64,000 bases of DNA from Eledone cirrhosa (GCA_964016885.1 OZ024742.1:325500001-325564000); one strand, 5' to 3'. Positions 27,400 to 42,537 are shown, numbered from the stretch's first letter. The notes: a model not told the origin generated them from the letters alone. Numbers and translations: made by a program.

Positions 27400-27680
27400 A
27401 TATTGTTATGCTTTGGGAGGGTCATGTTGCCAATAAGAAACGCATGCACCAGTTGCTTTCACTTCAATTTATTATAAATTAAATTTATAAATTTAGGAAT
27501 TTATAAGTTTCCGGTTGGTTGGTTGGTTCCACAACCAGACGATTGTCATATATTGTCAAAGTTCTTTCGTCACACATTCTGTGACCTCTTCAGTGACTGG
27601 GGATTCTTTTCTTTGTTTTTGTGCCTCTCCTTTGTTCTGTCCTGCGCCATCTTGTTTTTGTATATGTTGTGTGCTTAGTT
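27400..27680 (-). mobile_element. Family N PLE pLTR fragment
   Basis: attgttatgctttgggagggtcat and tcaaagttctttcgt shared with 9873-10105. Confidence 0.75.
27555..27597 (-). ncRNA. Minimal type I hammerhead ribozyme
   Basis: GUCA CUGAAGA G GUCACA gaaug UGUGAC GAAAG AA CUU/ UGAC: perfect stems I and II. Confidence 0.8.
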
Positions 27681-27843
27681 TGCATATATATATATGTCCA
27701 TATTACATTGACAGTCGGCTTTCCTGATCATTTCTCTCGAATGAAACAGTTCTAGTCCTGTAGGAGCCATTTCTATATTAATTATTGATACTCTGCTATG
27801 TATTGAGCACCTTACTTACTCTTGTTACCCCCGCTTGAACTCA

Positions 27844-27904
<61 letters not shown>

Positions 27905-27913
27905 TATATAAAA

Positions 27914-27988
<75 letters not shown>

Positions 27989-29694
27989 TAAAAACAAATA
28001 GTAAAAAGATCAAAATACTGTAGTAAAATGCTGGAAGGATTTTTTCAGTATTATATTAAAACATTTATAATATATTTATTTGGTAGCTTTCCCGTAATAG
28101 AATCGTTGAAATCCCCTTTCTTCATTTCCCTGAATCTGGGAGTTTGTACAAAATTATAAAGTCTAAGTTGACTATTTCTGAGATAAAATAATTTAAGAAT
28201 GTCAGCATCTCAGACAGGAATATATATATATATACATGTGTCTGTGTGTCTGTCTGTCTGTGTGTGTTCGAACGATTTCATTATGTCGTTACCCTTTTAA
28301 ATATGAAGTGATTGTTTCATTAATTCAAGAAATCTTTGGCTACTTTATCTATCATATAACAAGATCACGTAGTCATTTCCTTATCCACTAATTACATTTT
28401 CTTGAACCTGCTTTTGTTTTTGCTTTGTTACTAATGACGTTATTTCTACTTTCGTGTATTCTACATATATCATAAGTAGATATTTTTTTAAAATCAAGCC
28501 TTTAATTAATATAGATTATGACACGTTGGCAGAAAGTCAACGGAGAAGTAATCAATCCATATTTATATTCCGTTTCCTTTGTTTGTTTTTGGTTTTGACC
28601 AAGCAAATCAGTTTAACCTCCATAAAGCAGAAATGCAAATAGAGACTTCAACAATACTAACTAACTCTCATTCTATCCGCGTCGGCATGTAAGAGGCGTG
28701 TTATATATGAAATAAGATAAATGCATTAAAATGTTGTAGTTAATATCCATCATTATATTAAGTAGATATATATATATAATTATAGATACGAGTTTACACA
28801 CACACATGCGCAGAGAGAGATTGAGAGAGGGGGTGGGAGAGAAATTGAGAGAGAGAGACAGGTAGAGAGCGATACATATATATAGTTAGAGAGGGATAGA
28901 GAGAGGAGAATAGAGAGAGATAGAGAGAGGGGGAGATAGATAGGGAGAGAGAGGGAGAGAGAGTGTGAGAGAGATATGGACTGGGGGATAGAGAGAAAGA
29001 GAGATAAAGAGATAGGTGAGTTGAATAAGATTCAAAATTAATCTAATATGAATATATGTATATGTGTGTTTGTGTGTCTTAGTGCATGCAAGGCCCCCAT
29101 GATGAAATTGCCGAAATCATTATACCTGTCATCAGAAGGGGTTCTGCTGTTATAATACTGTAGTCTGCAGGATTACCCTAATTTCAACTGTTATCTTAAG
29201 GACCTTCATAACTCCCGGTACCAAATTCTGCAGGTGAGTATATGCAAGACTAGCACCAGAGCAATTATTACATTCCTGTTCCATTTTATCTGGATGTTAT
29301 GGCCCCGAAAATGTACACGCCAAATGTAATAGATTTTCCACGGCTTTTCCTCAATGGTCCGGTTTCCGAAACTGGCATTTTATTTATATGAAAAGAAGCC
29401 CATATTACAGCAGACTAGTGCATCTGTATCTCATAATATAGCTCATGAATTTGTTAAGAAGAAATAACTTTACATAACTTGTAGTAAAAAACAATTTTCT
29501 GAAGTAGCTGTGCGTCCCTCGCCAGCTAGAAATATCTCATCCAAATAATCAGACTTTGTGTGATTTAAAGTATAAGTAATGCAGAACTCCACAGTGATTA
29601 CTTTTCTTATCCTGTATGTCTTCTTTGTGTTGCCCTACACCATCCTGCTTAATTTGTTAGCTGTGTTCTTGGGCTGTGCATGCGTTATATCTAT

Positions 29695-29902
<208 letters not shown>

Positions 29903-30039
29903 TAGTTATTTGCTGAGGTAGAGTTTCCTGCAGAAAATGATGCGTGGAAAGATGTTAAGCGAGGCTGAAGTAGAATTTTGTACGATTGACACCTGTAAAG
30001 TAGGAGTCCTTATTATTCTCACGCGGGATAAGGAATACA

Positions 30040-30640
30040 CAAACATACCAGAATGGTATTGGGGAACCCTAGAAAACACCGAGAGAAAACATATATCCGT
30101 GCACAGAACAGACGCAATGTTCCGACAAATTAGAAAAACCGACAAACATAAAAGAATTTCGACCAAAATGAACCAGAATACTCGAATGGAATAGCAACAA
30201 CATCACGTTGTAGTAACTAAGGGCAAAATAAAGACATACAGAGACACATAAGAACTAAACTAATACAACAAACCAGACGCACACAAATATAACAAGTAGC
30301 CAACTAACGACAAGTCGAAATGAGAGAAAATAAATAAACACATAAATGAATTCATAACTAAATATATTACACAGACACGCACGCAAAATGGGATATAACG
30401 CATGCTCAGTCCAAGCACACGGCTCAAAAAATAGATGATCTAGGAGAGAACAAAGCAGAGACACAAAATAGCAACAAAAGAGGTCACTCCGGAGGTCACA
30501 ACAAACAAACATCTGTTTACAACAAACAAACATCCGGTTATTAAATAATTCGTCTGGAAAATTATAATAATAAATTGAAAAGAAATTTGAAAGGTGCAGG
30601 TGTTCTTTTGTATTAAAAGCATAACCTTTTCAAAGTATAA
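30040..30640 (+). mobile_element. Decayed family N PLE 3' fragment
   Basis: ISVHRTDAMFRQIR..RPK..EWNSNN parallels ISKHRNDAADSQIRE..RPRLN at 10.4 kb; UTR shared with 35210-35640. Confidence 0.65.
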
Positions 30641-30750
30641 TAATAATTGTTCCTACATTTGGCACAAGGCCAGCAATTATCCAGTGAATTACTGGTACTT
30701 TATTTTATCGACTCCGTAAGGATGAAAGGTAAAGTTAATCTGGGCGGGAT

Positions 30751-30755
<5 letters not shown>
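30641..30755 (-). mobile_element. MetaSINE-type SINE, truncated at a (TA)n array
   Basis: ggcacaaggccagcaatt..ggcgggatttgaa. Confidence 0.85.
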
Positions 30756-30782
<27 letters not shown>

Positions 30783-31205
30783 CTAGGGCGGGTAAAATTC
30801 CCGAGATCCATGGACGAGTTCTCTCCAGAGGTCTCTGTCCCTCATTATCGCTGCCATGTCCTCCGTCTCCAACAGACCAGTGTCTGTCCTTAGGGTATCA
30901 ACATACGCCTTCCTCTTCCAGTGTGTCCATGTAGGGGCTCCCACAGGAGCACTGAGTGCAATGTCAACTCTGGATGTCGGTGAGCATGTCCAGCTAATCT
31001 CAGTCTCCTCTTGTCACTTTTGAGCTGACTTTTGGGAGGCTCCCATACAGCTCTGAGTTTTTCATCGTCAGTGTATACTGATTAATGTTCAGAGCCATCC
31101 TCAGCATTCTCGTGTAGCACCCATCCACCTTCTGAGTGAGTTTCTTGGTCAGTGTCCAAGTCTCAGACCCGTACAGCAGCACAGACTCCATTACAGCATT
31201 AAATA
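30783..31205 (-). pseudogene. RTE-superfamily LINE 3' end terminating in (TA)n
   Basis: ESVLLYGSETWTLTKKLTQKVDGCYTRMLRMALNI..LYGSLP..LRLAGH..LLWEP.HG..YVDTLRTDTGL..MRDRDLWR. Confidence 0.9.
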
Positions 31206-31320
31206 AATGGAAAGTATATTTATGAAAAACAATAAACTCCAGTGAACTGTTGAGTGCTCTAAACCAGTTATACACATTTATATTTGTCGGACTTCCAACA
31301 AATTAAATACCACTTCTACT

Positions 31321-31407
<87 letters not shown>

Positions 31408-31568
31408 ATATATACATATGTGTGTGTGCGCGTGTGTGTGTGTGTATATTATATAAATTACTCCTATTGGACTAGAACCGTGTCATTAATAAGAAAGCAT
31501 CAGGATTTTCCCGATGAATTCTTATTGTATCTGTGGCCATCTCACGATATAAATCGGGAATAGACCTG

Positions 31569-31645
<77 letters not shown>

Positions 31646-31783
31646 ATATATGTGTCTGTGTGTGTATCTGTGTGTAGGTATATATATATATATATATATT
31701 AAGATAAGCAGAACAAGTAAAATTCAATCAATTTTTCAAAATACATTAAAAAATATAATATAAATATTTACCTCTTCTAGTGG

Positions 31784-31862
31784 CCCTTACTGATCAGTTT
31801 CGCTTTGTAAAACCTCATAAATCCGATGGATTTATGATGGAAAACCAAAGCTCATCAGAGAA
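31784..31862 (-). ncRNA. Canonical type I hammerhead ribozyme
   Basis: UUCU CUGAUGA GCUUUG..(UCAUAAAUCC hairpin)..CAAAGC GAAACU GAUC AGUA/ AGGG. Confidence 0.88.
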
Positions 31863-32268
31863 GCATTTTCCCTTCCTAGGGCTAAACGTCCCAGGAACGA
31901 CAAAATATACAACCTCCTGCCAGCTAATAAAGGTCTGAAAGGTCGTAAAAGTGACCCGTATGTAAACTGGACCGAAGTGAAAGCGGGAAAATCAAAGACT
32001 TGCTGTCTACAATTACTACTAAAAAAATAGCAGCCAAGTAGAGCAACAGATTTGTTCTCAACGGACGGAGAAAAAGGTAGAAGTTAATATGTCCAGGGAT
32101 ACTAGGTACCCCTAGAAATACATAGGTTGTCTATGATTCAAGGTTGTTCAATGGTGTTAATTTGATACACCAGAACTTTAATATTAAGATAAGCAGAACA
32201 AGTAAAATTCAATCAATTTTTCAAAATACATTAAAAAATATAATATAAATATTTACCTCTTCTAGTGG

Positions 32269-32347
32269 CCCTTACTGATCAGTTTCGCTTTGTAAAACCT
32301 CATAAATCCGATGGATTTATGATGGAAAAGCAAAGCTCATCAGAGAA
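32269..32347 (-). ncRNA. Canonical type I hammerhead ribozyme (second copy)
   Basis: Same motif 485 bp away. Confidence 0.88.
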
Positions 32348-32416
32348 GCATTTTCCCTTCCTAGGGCTAAACATCCCAGGAACGACAAAATCTGTTGCTA
32401 TATATATATATATATA

Positions 32417-32747
<331 letters not shown>

Positions 32748-33846
32748 ACAGAAAGAGAAACATAGGTTTCGGTATATTTAGAGGTGTATAAACAAGTGAA
32801 CCTCTATCTTAGTATATATTCATGCAATTATAAACGTAAGTTTATATTAAACATGTGCATTAGGGAGTATAGGTAAGTTTATTTTTGTATACATGAGTTT
32901 GATGTGTGTTTGTATGTGTGCGCGCGTGTGTGTGCTCGTATGTGTGTATGTGTGTGTTAGTGTGTGTTCTTTTCGACATATATTTCCCTTGACTTGTTCT
33001 GGCAACAAAGTCAAACATAATTACTAATGTCCTAATCGAATAAGGAAAACACAAGACAGGAAATGAATATCACAACAACAGCAACAATAACTACAAGAAA
33101 ATCAAAGTCAAAAGCAACTGCAGCAAATACAACAAAAGTAACAGCACTAAGAACAATAAATACCGTTGCAAATCAATATTCACAAACATCAAGTCGGTTC
33201 CAAACAACAGGCAAAGATCAATATATTATTTGAAATTTCTTTATTTGTGTTTGTTGATGTTCTTATATTAATAAATTTTGTAGACATCTGTGATTACAGG
33301 GTTGGATGTCTAGTGTTACTAATAAAGAAATATGTTTCTGGATAAAGTAATTTCTAACTATATATGCAGCTTCTATATGCTGACGGTACAGATACATGCG
33401 AAGCAGAAGCTAGAAATGGTTTTATGACATGTGTGTCACAGACAAAATATATCTTGTAGTAATCCATTTGTATATTTAACATATATGTACCATAGTATTG
33501 ATTACAATGTTGTTCGTTTTGTTCTGATTGATTTGGCACAGATAGAAGCTTGCCAGAGTAAATACCGTATATTGTGTATCTGGGTAGCTCATATTTCTAG
33601 GTTCAAATTTCATTAGGATTTAAATTGTTTCCCATCCATTTATGTTATTGTTGGTTTTAACTAACACCATGCTACTATTGTTCCTGCAGACCAATAACCA
33701 AAAATTTCCTACCATCGATTTGTAACGTTTCTTTTGAGGCACTGTATATCTGAGGATATATAATCCAATGTGTACATTCTCATCCAGATATAAGTCTTTC
33801 GGATAGGAACTACTACACATGTCAAGCCCCTTTATTTCAAATATCT

Positions 33847-34039
33847 AGGGCGGTGAATTGGCAGTATCGGTAGAGGGTCGGACGCCATTGCTTTGACGCA
33901 TAGAGTTACGGCCCTTGCCATTCTGAGTTCAAATCCCGCCGAGATTAACTTTGCCTTTCATCCTTATGAGGTCGATAAAATGAAGTACCAGTAATACACT
34001 GGGAAATTGCTGGCCTTGTGCCAAAAGTAGAAACAATTA
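33847..34039 (+). mobile_element. Full-length MetaSINE-type SINE with TSD ttatttcaaatatcta
   Basis: Boxes A/B, core; TSD at ~33831 and ~34037. Confidence 0.92.
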
Positions 34040-34358
34040 TTTCAAATATCTACTTAATTCTTATGCAACGTAATGTGTAAACTGAAATTCTAAGATTGTC
34101 ATTGCCTTAGTATTGCGTGGTTTATTTTGTAATTAGATTCCATTCCATGATGCAGTTAACCTTTGAGCTAGCGTGAGTTTCTCATAATTACCAAGAATTT
34201 ATCATTTAGTCCTTTTTGTAAGTTGCAGGTCACGTTATTATTAACAAATATAGAAAGAATAACTTACAAAATGAAACACAATTATATTGATTAGTCAACA
34301 ATCACACACACAGACACACACACACACAGACACACACACACACAGACACACACACACA

Positions 34359-34451
<93 letters not shown>

Positions 34452-35104
34452 ACACACACACACACATACACACACACACACATACACACACACACACATA
34501 CTTATTTTAAGCTGAGTAAATTGGAACAAAATAAAATGAAGCGCCTTGTTCAATAATACAACTAACAGCCCGGTCACGGGTCGGATTGTGTGTCCAACGT
34601 CTTAAAACTAGAATGTTATTCGTTAAAAATATTTCCCATTGTTATATGAAGTAAACAATATATTTATGAACACGTTTCCGTCAATTATTGAGAAAAGAAA
34701 ATGCGAATGACCATATATTCGGATGTAAACCTTAAGCAGGAATATTGCCAATAGAGAGTTTCCCATGGTCATTGAAAATGTAAACATGTCTTGTTTAATG
34801 ATACGGAAGATTAATCGTTTAATTATCTACCATACGATCTATAATCAATTTAATGGTAATCCGAATGCGAAGAAGTTATATGGATTTTCATATAAGTATT
34901 TTCCGGAGACTGGAAACTGCTGCCTGCACTAAATCAAATTCTTTCACATCTAAACTATGCTAATGTGTCTAATACCATGATGTCTTTATACATATACTCA
35001 CTCAGAGAGACACAAAATACACACACGCGCGCGCACACACAGATATATGTATATTTATATATATATGTATATATACTTCGATTTTTTGCAAGATTTCGTA
35101 TCTG

Positions 35105-35636
35105 AAAACAGACATTGTTATATTTTAGGAGGGTCATGCTTCCAATAAAAAAATACACGCACCTGTTGGTTTTCACTTTATTATAAATTTATTTTAAACA
35201 GAAAACATGCGTGGAATAGCAACATCACAACTAGTAATTAAGGACAAAATGAAGACATGCAGACATAAAAAAATAAATGAAAAAAAACAAAAAAACTATT
35301 AAAACCCACTGGAAACAGATAGAACAAACAACCAACTATTGACAAGTAAATAATCACATAAATAAATAAACACACGCACAGACCCAAATGTATCGATAGC
35401 GCAAACCAACCACACAGCACACAACACACGAAAACAAGATGGTGTATATAGGAGAGACGCAAAATAAAATCCAAGTCACTGAGGAGGTCACAGAATGTGA
35501 AATATATAAACAACCATCCGGTTATCGAACCAACCAACCAACCAAACAAAGAACCGGAAATGTATGATAAATTGAAATGGTAAATCAACAAGTGCATGTG
35601 TTTGTGTTGACAGCATTACGCACCCAAAATATAACA

Positions 35637-35640
<4 letters not shown>
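35105..35640. mobile_element. Family N PLE 3' UTR (+) with short inverted pLTR end (35105-35195)
   Basis: cattgttatattttaggagggtcatg versus cacccaaaatataacaat; decayed HHR gtcactgaggaggtcacagaatgtg at 35475. Confidence 0.7.
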
Positions 35641-35667
<27 letters not shown>

Positions 35668-35669
35668 GG

Positions 35670-36068
35670 CACAGCAAAAGCCCAGACGACATGACCATCT
35701 ACTCGTTCCGTGGTGGTAAACCCCTCATCTGAAATGCCATATGCAGCAACACATTCACCAGTGACAACCTAGTGCTGTCTGTGACTATCCCTTGCTCTAT
35801 TGCACTTCGGGTCGTGGAGGGTACATTCTACAAATATCGGTCGCTCTTCTACAGGTTTGCGGTCACGCCTGTGGTAGTGGAAACGCCTGGTTTCCTTGGC
35901 CCTAGGGCCACCTCCCTGCTCACCAGCATCGGCATAAAGTTACCTACCCGCATGTGTGAGGCTCTCGAGCTGGTATGGATCTTCCAGCGCGTCTCGCTCA
36001 CCATTCTCCGCGTAAACACCTTCTCTACTCTATGCGTGGCAGCCGGCACGTGGAATCCGATTTGTTGA
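35670..36068 (+). pseudogene. CRE-clade non-LTR retrotransposon restriction-like endonuclease fragment
   Basis: KSPDDMTIYSFRGGKPLI*NA.C.NTF..KYRSL..TPVVVETPGFLGPRATSLL..IG..WIFQRVSLTILRVN. Confidence 0.8.
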
Positions 36069-37426
36069 CAATAGTGAGAGATGGGAAAAGCGGAAGAGAC
36101 GGAGGCAGTAGCAATGGCAGTTTGATTCTTTTATGATTGGATCTGGTGCATATATGTGGATATAAGAGAGAATGACTCTTTACCAATATCAGTATATATG
36201 ATATGTACATTTCCATATTACTTTTCTTTTTGATTTACCAACGAGAATCTCGAGTGTATTCTGGGTACTCTACATTGACAAATGTTATAAGGTATTCTGT
36301 GCACGTATTACTGAAATGATAAATTGACAGCGGACAATTAAATCTATTGCTGACAAATCTTTCCCTGTCTAAACTCCATTTTGGAGAGTTGATGTGAAAA
36401 AAACAACTACGAACTGGATTGTATTTCTTAAACGACGCTACATAATATATTTCGTTGATTTGCGATATTTATATTACGTATATATTGATTTATTGTTAAA
36501 CACAACACAAGGCCATAGATTCGCAAAGAATAGGTAATAGTATTGTATGAAGTTAATTCCTTTCTAATGAGTCTTGTGGTATGGTTACAACTTTAAAAGT
36601 GAAATGCTTCGTAGATTCAATATCCGAGATGTTAATATCTTTCTCTACTGCATTCATCTGAATGTAGTCATAAAAACTCTGAAAATAACGCGAACAATGA
36701 AATTAATCTAGTAGTGCTCTTAATATCATGTGGCTATACACAAAAGCAGTATAGTTCTATAGATCAAAATAAAAACGGCAATTCAATTGTTTATCTATAA
36801 CCATAATTGAAATATAGTGATAGACTACAATCTTGTGTATGTATTAATATTTGTTTGAAGCCTGGCAAAATTCGCTTCAAATATTTCATTGCAATCAATG
36901 TGTACATTGCTATATTCTAATAATATATCTCCATATACTAAATTGCACTTCTTTACACTAAATTAAACGCTGCAATACCAAAACTACGTTTAGTACAGAA
37001 CTGAATATTACATGTAGAGCTCTTCTACAAACGTCTTTATAGCAACATCAAAGAGAGCATAAAGAAAACAAGCATAACAACTCCCTATCAAGGGAAGGTA
37101 ACAGAACATGTCTGTAAAGTTCAACATATGTCCGATAAAATTTACTTAATTACATTTCAGTAATTATAATTCTTATTTGTTCAATAATGAATTTCATCAG
37201 CACATGAAATAGAATACATATTTGTATATATTTTTCCATATTTTATTTGGTCTTTACAGTCGAAATTCCTACATTAACTATGTTTTCAATGTTGGCTTCC
37301 ATTTTAGTTGGATTTTTGTTTATGTGTTTGTTTACGTAGCTTTTAATCAATAGCGTTTAATCAGGATCTTGTTTACGAAATTGTCTTCTATCTCCATAGA
37401 CCATACAATATATTTCGTTTCAACAG

Positions 37427-37561
37427 GAATCTTTGATTCTGAGAAATACAAGCAGATATTAAATGAAATATTTCACTATCTTAAACATAATCCATGTTTT
37501 CATCTTCTATTTTACTATGGCTTTATTATAGTGTTCATAACTGAATGTGTTGTTAACCGTA
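37427..37561 (+). other. Possible exon (coding or lncRNA), unidentified
   Basis: tttcgtttcaacag| ... |gtaagt, open frame, phase 1-1; no homology recognised. Confidence 0.2.
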
Positions 37562-37889
37562 GTAAGTGATGTTAGTACCAGTTGTCAGCTGCATGTCATC
37601 TTTCAAAACTATTAAATAATTATGCTATTTAATAATCGATAGTTAATAGATCTGTGCAAGTGAAATGACTGAATATTCTCAATAAAATACGGGATTGCAC
37701 ATGATAGTTTCATTATCGTTGAGTGCAAACTACTGAACAATATGCAATTATATTTAGCACTTGATAGTCTACTATTTGAAATTTTCGTGCATATACTTCC
37801 CTACAAACATACCTAAAACATTGCGTCTTACTGGGAGATGACTATAGAATTCTATACACACACGTACAAACACACACGCACACACACAT

Positions 37890-37952
<63 letters not shown>

Positions 37953-37970
37953 CACACGCACACGCACAAC

Positions 37971-38003
<33 letters not shown>

Positions 38004-38061
38004 GCATATATATACATATATATATATACACACATACCAATATGAATAAAGGTTAAATCTT

Positions 38062-38406
38062 GTGTTACATAGTCGTATTTATTGGTTTAGTGAATAATAC
38101 ATATTTTATTGACACAAGTGGACAGTCGTTATGCATTCATTACAATAGCAGTGTTACATCATTAGATGTTAACAGAGTTATGTGAAGAAGTTAATATGGC
38201 CCAGGCACAAGCTTCCATGTATGCGAATGTACAGAGAACGTAGGCATTCGTAAACATGGAAGCATCTACCTGCGGCTTATCAACTTCTTGATATTGACCT
38301 CTGTTGATGTTACACCGGTGCAGTTTGCGGTTTTAATGACAGCATAACAACTGTACACTGGCGTCAGTTTAATACGTATTTTACATTAAATACGTTTATG
38401 TAACAC
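38062..38406. other. Long imperfect hairpin (~345 nt)
   Basis: Arms pair along the whole length, e.g. gtgttacata/tatgtaacac, acagtcgttatgc/gcataacaactgt, gcttccatgtatgcgaatg/cattcgtaaacatggaagc. Confidence 0.85.
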
Positions 38407-38613
38407 CCCTCGTAATGTTATTTCATACACAGGTAAACGGTCACTTTTGTTCGCCATGGTAATGCTGGATGTATACGATTAACGGGGAGTGCTCTTATCT
38501 GCTTGTGCACTACTTGTTAACGAGCCATCGCTACGCGACATTACCGATAAGCATCTAAGCAAAGTATTAATTAGCAATTATGTATACATATATATATATA
38601 TATATATTCATAG

Positions 38614-38740
38614 GAAATATGGAAAATGTATCACGAGAACAGCTGTCAAAACAGCCAAATGTTGTCAATGACAGCGCTGGGAGACAATGCTTCAGAGGAG
38701 AGACTAGCGAGCAATGGATGGCAGCGAGGCAATCCACGAG
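38614..38740 (+). other. Possible exon, unidentified
   Basis: ttcatag| ... gag|gtgagt, GC-richer than flanks, open in two frames, phase-compatible with 37427-37561. Confidence 0.25.
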
Positions 38741-39197
38741 GTGAGTGACATGTACATGAAATATAGAAAAGAGTGGAAGAGGAGATGGGATAATGAGATG
38801 TGTGTTGGCGCATAGAAGTGACTGGAAGAAGGAAAGAAAGAGAGGTGATGTTCAAGACAATTTCACACACACACATTTACACCCTCACCTGCTCTCAAAC
38901 CAGCAAAATGACTTTGCACAAATTTGTTTGAGAGTACTATTTTCAAAATGGTGTATCGTGCAACAGTGCAAAATATTTCTGTTGGTATAAGTGTGATAAA
39001 ACAAGCATAACAGATTGACAGACAGATCAGATTACGAAGGAAAGAACGCCCTTCCAACACCAGGCCGCTGCTAGAATAGACAGCAAAAGCCGTCTAAGTG
39101 CTGCTCCAGATGCCACTTAGGTTTGCTGCCACTTCCGCTGCCCAAAGGCTTTCACTGTTATTTCTAGCGGAGGCCTACCCTCGATAAGTATGTTTTG

Positions 39198-39303
<106 letters not shown>

Positions 39304-39405
39304 GCATGTTTATGTGTACATAAATATTTATTTACATATACCTAAACACTTGTGAATACATACACACACGCACACACACACATACACACACACCATCACA
39401 CATAC

Positions 39406-39523
<118 letters not shown>

Positions 39524-41008
39524 TGTATATATGTATGTATTGTTATTGGTACTTAATAACACTTACGGAACAAAGAATCAGTATTGTATCATATATATAT
39601 ATATATATATATATGCGTATGTATATTTACATATGGATAATATATATACTATGTATCTATGTATTTATTTATTCATACATAGCTATGTAAAAGTAAAACA
39701 CCTTATGATGATCAACCTCATCGCAGCATAGTGTAGATATTAATATTGAGAGAAGCTGTGTTAATCCTTAAAAATGAAATTAAAATTCAGAAAAAAAATA
39801 TATGCGTTTTATTACTTATCTCGATATTCTTTGAATAAGTTATCAGTGATTATTTCGAGAATTTTAAAATAAAATATGATAAAAAAATAAAATATTGTCG
39901 TGTGAAATCTACATGATCCGAAATCTATCGCCTGAAAATTATCAGACGATTATTAAAATCTATAATGTCTGATATTAAATTTAAAAAAACATTATGTAGA
40001 CAAGTAGCTTCTGCAATTTATCCAAAAATTATCAAAAAATCACAGAATAGATTATAGCTAAATACGAGACTAATTATTAACTACATATTATTAAATAAAG
40101 AAATCTATCTATCTAAATAAATAAATATATATATTATTAAATGATGTTTATTATAAATGGTACATTCCGTAAAATTATAAGATATTGGAAATTAGACAGT
40201 AACATAATGATGATTTGGGCCACCAAATTTGAATAATTGAATTCTTAACCGTAGTGATGAAATTAACATAATTAATATGTAATAAACATTTAGCTTTATC
40301 AACACTAATTAAAATGTAATGCAACTGAAACTATATCTGATCTTTGGCAGTATAGCGACAACTCTGGAAGTATTTTTTTAATCAGACCTCATCAGCAAAT
40401 CGCAGTCCAATAATTACTGACATGCTTTAAATTGAGTGAGGGTATATATAAGATGTAGTAAATAGACAATGAGTGGTGAGTTAACTTAGTGAAATGATTA
40501 GTGGAAAAATTCCAGATAATCGACCACATAAAATTCTAGCTATAAAGTGAACGCTATCATATTGAATTCAGTGAACGAATTCATTTAATTTTAGTTTGAC
40601 TAGATCCTGTACGTTAATAGACATTAAGATGGGTGAGTTATTACGTTCACGCAATTGTAATGAGTATATGTAATGTCGAAGAAGTCAATTGCCTAATGCC
40701 GGAAATTAAAGCCGGGTGGCGGACATTTCTGGCTCCAAGTTAGTCACTTAGTAATTTATTCATAAGATTATTCGGTACTGCCAGTACTTTAAAGTATAAC
40801 TTCAATGGTGGCGAAGAGAACCCTACTTACTTTACTTCGTTTATATCGTTATTAAACCTCCAGGAAGAGAAAAAAATTACTATTTTCCTTATTTTCATTT
40901 GATACGGAATCTTATGTATTATGATGTGTAAATTTGTCTGTATGTTTGTTTGTATGTATGTATATATGTAAGTATATATGTATGTGTATACATATATATA
41001 TGTATATG

Positions 41009-41154
<146 letters not shown>

Positions 41155-42112
41155 CAAAAAATAGAGATAGAGAGAGAGAAAGAGAGAGATGTATCTGTGT
41201 TTGTGTGTGTCTGCACCCACAGCTTTGAGTATGCTTGCATGTGTGTACTCTAAAAAAATAATTGCTTTAAATGGTTACGTTGCTGCACCGTCATATTTAA
41301 TCATCGATGCTACTTGGTTTTACTTTTTGTTCTTGAAGTCATTTCATACGCACAAACCCATTTATGTTTTCTTAAACGATATTTTGAGGGGAAATGTCAA
41401 TATCTATTTGATTAACAATCGAGATATTCGATTAGATACTTCATGATTCGCCTAATCTAGGAGGTATTTTCATAGTAATTTAGGAAATACATGAAGGTTA
41501 ATATACGCTTTATCTCCCTCTAGAAGTAAATATGAACCGAGAAAGATACTTCTTTTAAATATGTTCCTTCCTGTCTATTTCTGGGATTTTATTGCAGATC
41601 ATCTATTTGGGAAATTAAGACCAGTGCTTTGTTTAATGATAATTTATCATACCTAATTACATTACCATTTTCTTGGTGTCATTGCTCATAATTACCTCTT
41701 AAAGTATGTCGAAGTCTCTATTTGAATGAATAGCTTTAATAACACTCGAATATAGATGTAATTATCCCTCTACTTTCTAAAGATCTTTTATTAATTTAAG
41801 GTATTGAACTAACTTTCCTCTCTCTTTATCGTAGACTTATTTCTAATTAGATTGCTGATTCCCTCTATGAAATATAATCAAGCCATTATTCAACAGAATT
41901 AGATTAATCTGATTTGAAAACCGAATAGCTAGAACAACATAAGATTGGCGTGACGGTTGGTATTTGGTTTTGGTGTTTTGTATTCGTGTTTTTGTTTCCT
42001 TTCAGGAACAGCAATAATAGTCCTACAAATGTCTACACCAAACCCCCTCCGTTTCTTATATTTCGGGATCCACGTGTGTTGCTTGAAGGAAATACGTTTT
42101 CTTCTTCTTCTT

Positions 42113-42143
<31 letters not shown>

Positions 42144-42187
42144 ACTTTTTCAACATCATATTCTTATATTCAGTTAGTCAATACACC

Positions 42188-42233
<46 letters not shown>

Positions 42234-42537
42234 TGGGAGATTCATGTCCATGAATCGATAAATTGAATGAATTTTAAATGTTTGAATTATTGTCCGAGAG
42301 ATACCATTACGAATAACACTTTACAACTTGATTAATCCCTCTGTATTGCCAAATTGTATTCTAGAGGTTTTAAAGCTAACAAATCTTTCGACATACCATA
42401 TCATCCTGAGATTGAAGAAATTTCAAAATTTCTACTTTGTAATATATATGAGAGTCAGATATGCACTAGGTCTCGCCAGGTGTTGAATAAAATGATTTCA
42501 ACAATTTTGACAGTTTTACTATATGATTTGTCAAGTC

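Larger units (their letters stand above)
31697..32398 (-). mobile_element. Retrozyme-like non-coding partial tandem, 485-bp period, between (TA)n arrays
   Basis: 31698-31906 repeats at 32183-32391 with few mismatches; HHR in each copy; no recognisable ORF. Confidence 0.85.

Noticed and set aside
29171-29233. 63-nt cag|...|gtgagt exon candidate
   Set aside because: Too short, weak pyrimidine tract, expected by chance
39062-39176. Small GC-rich hairpin as possible pre-miRNA
   Set aside because: Large branched loop and imperfect arms; more like a small repeat remnant
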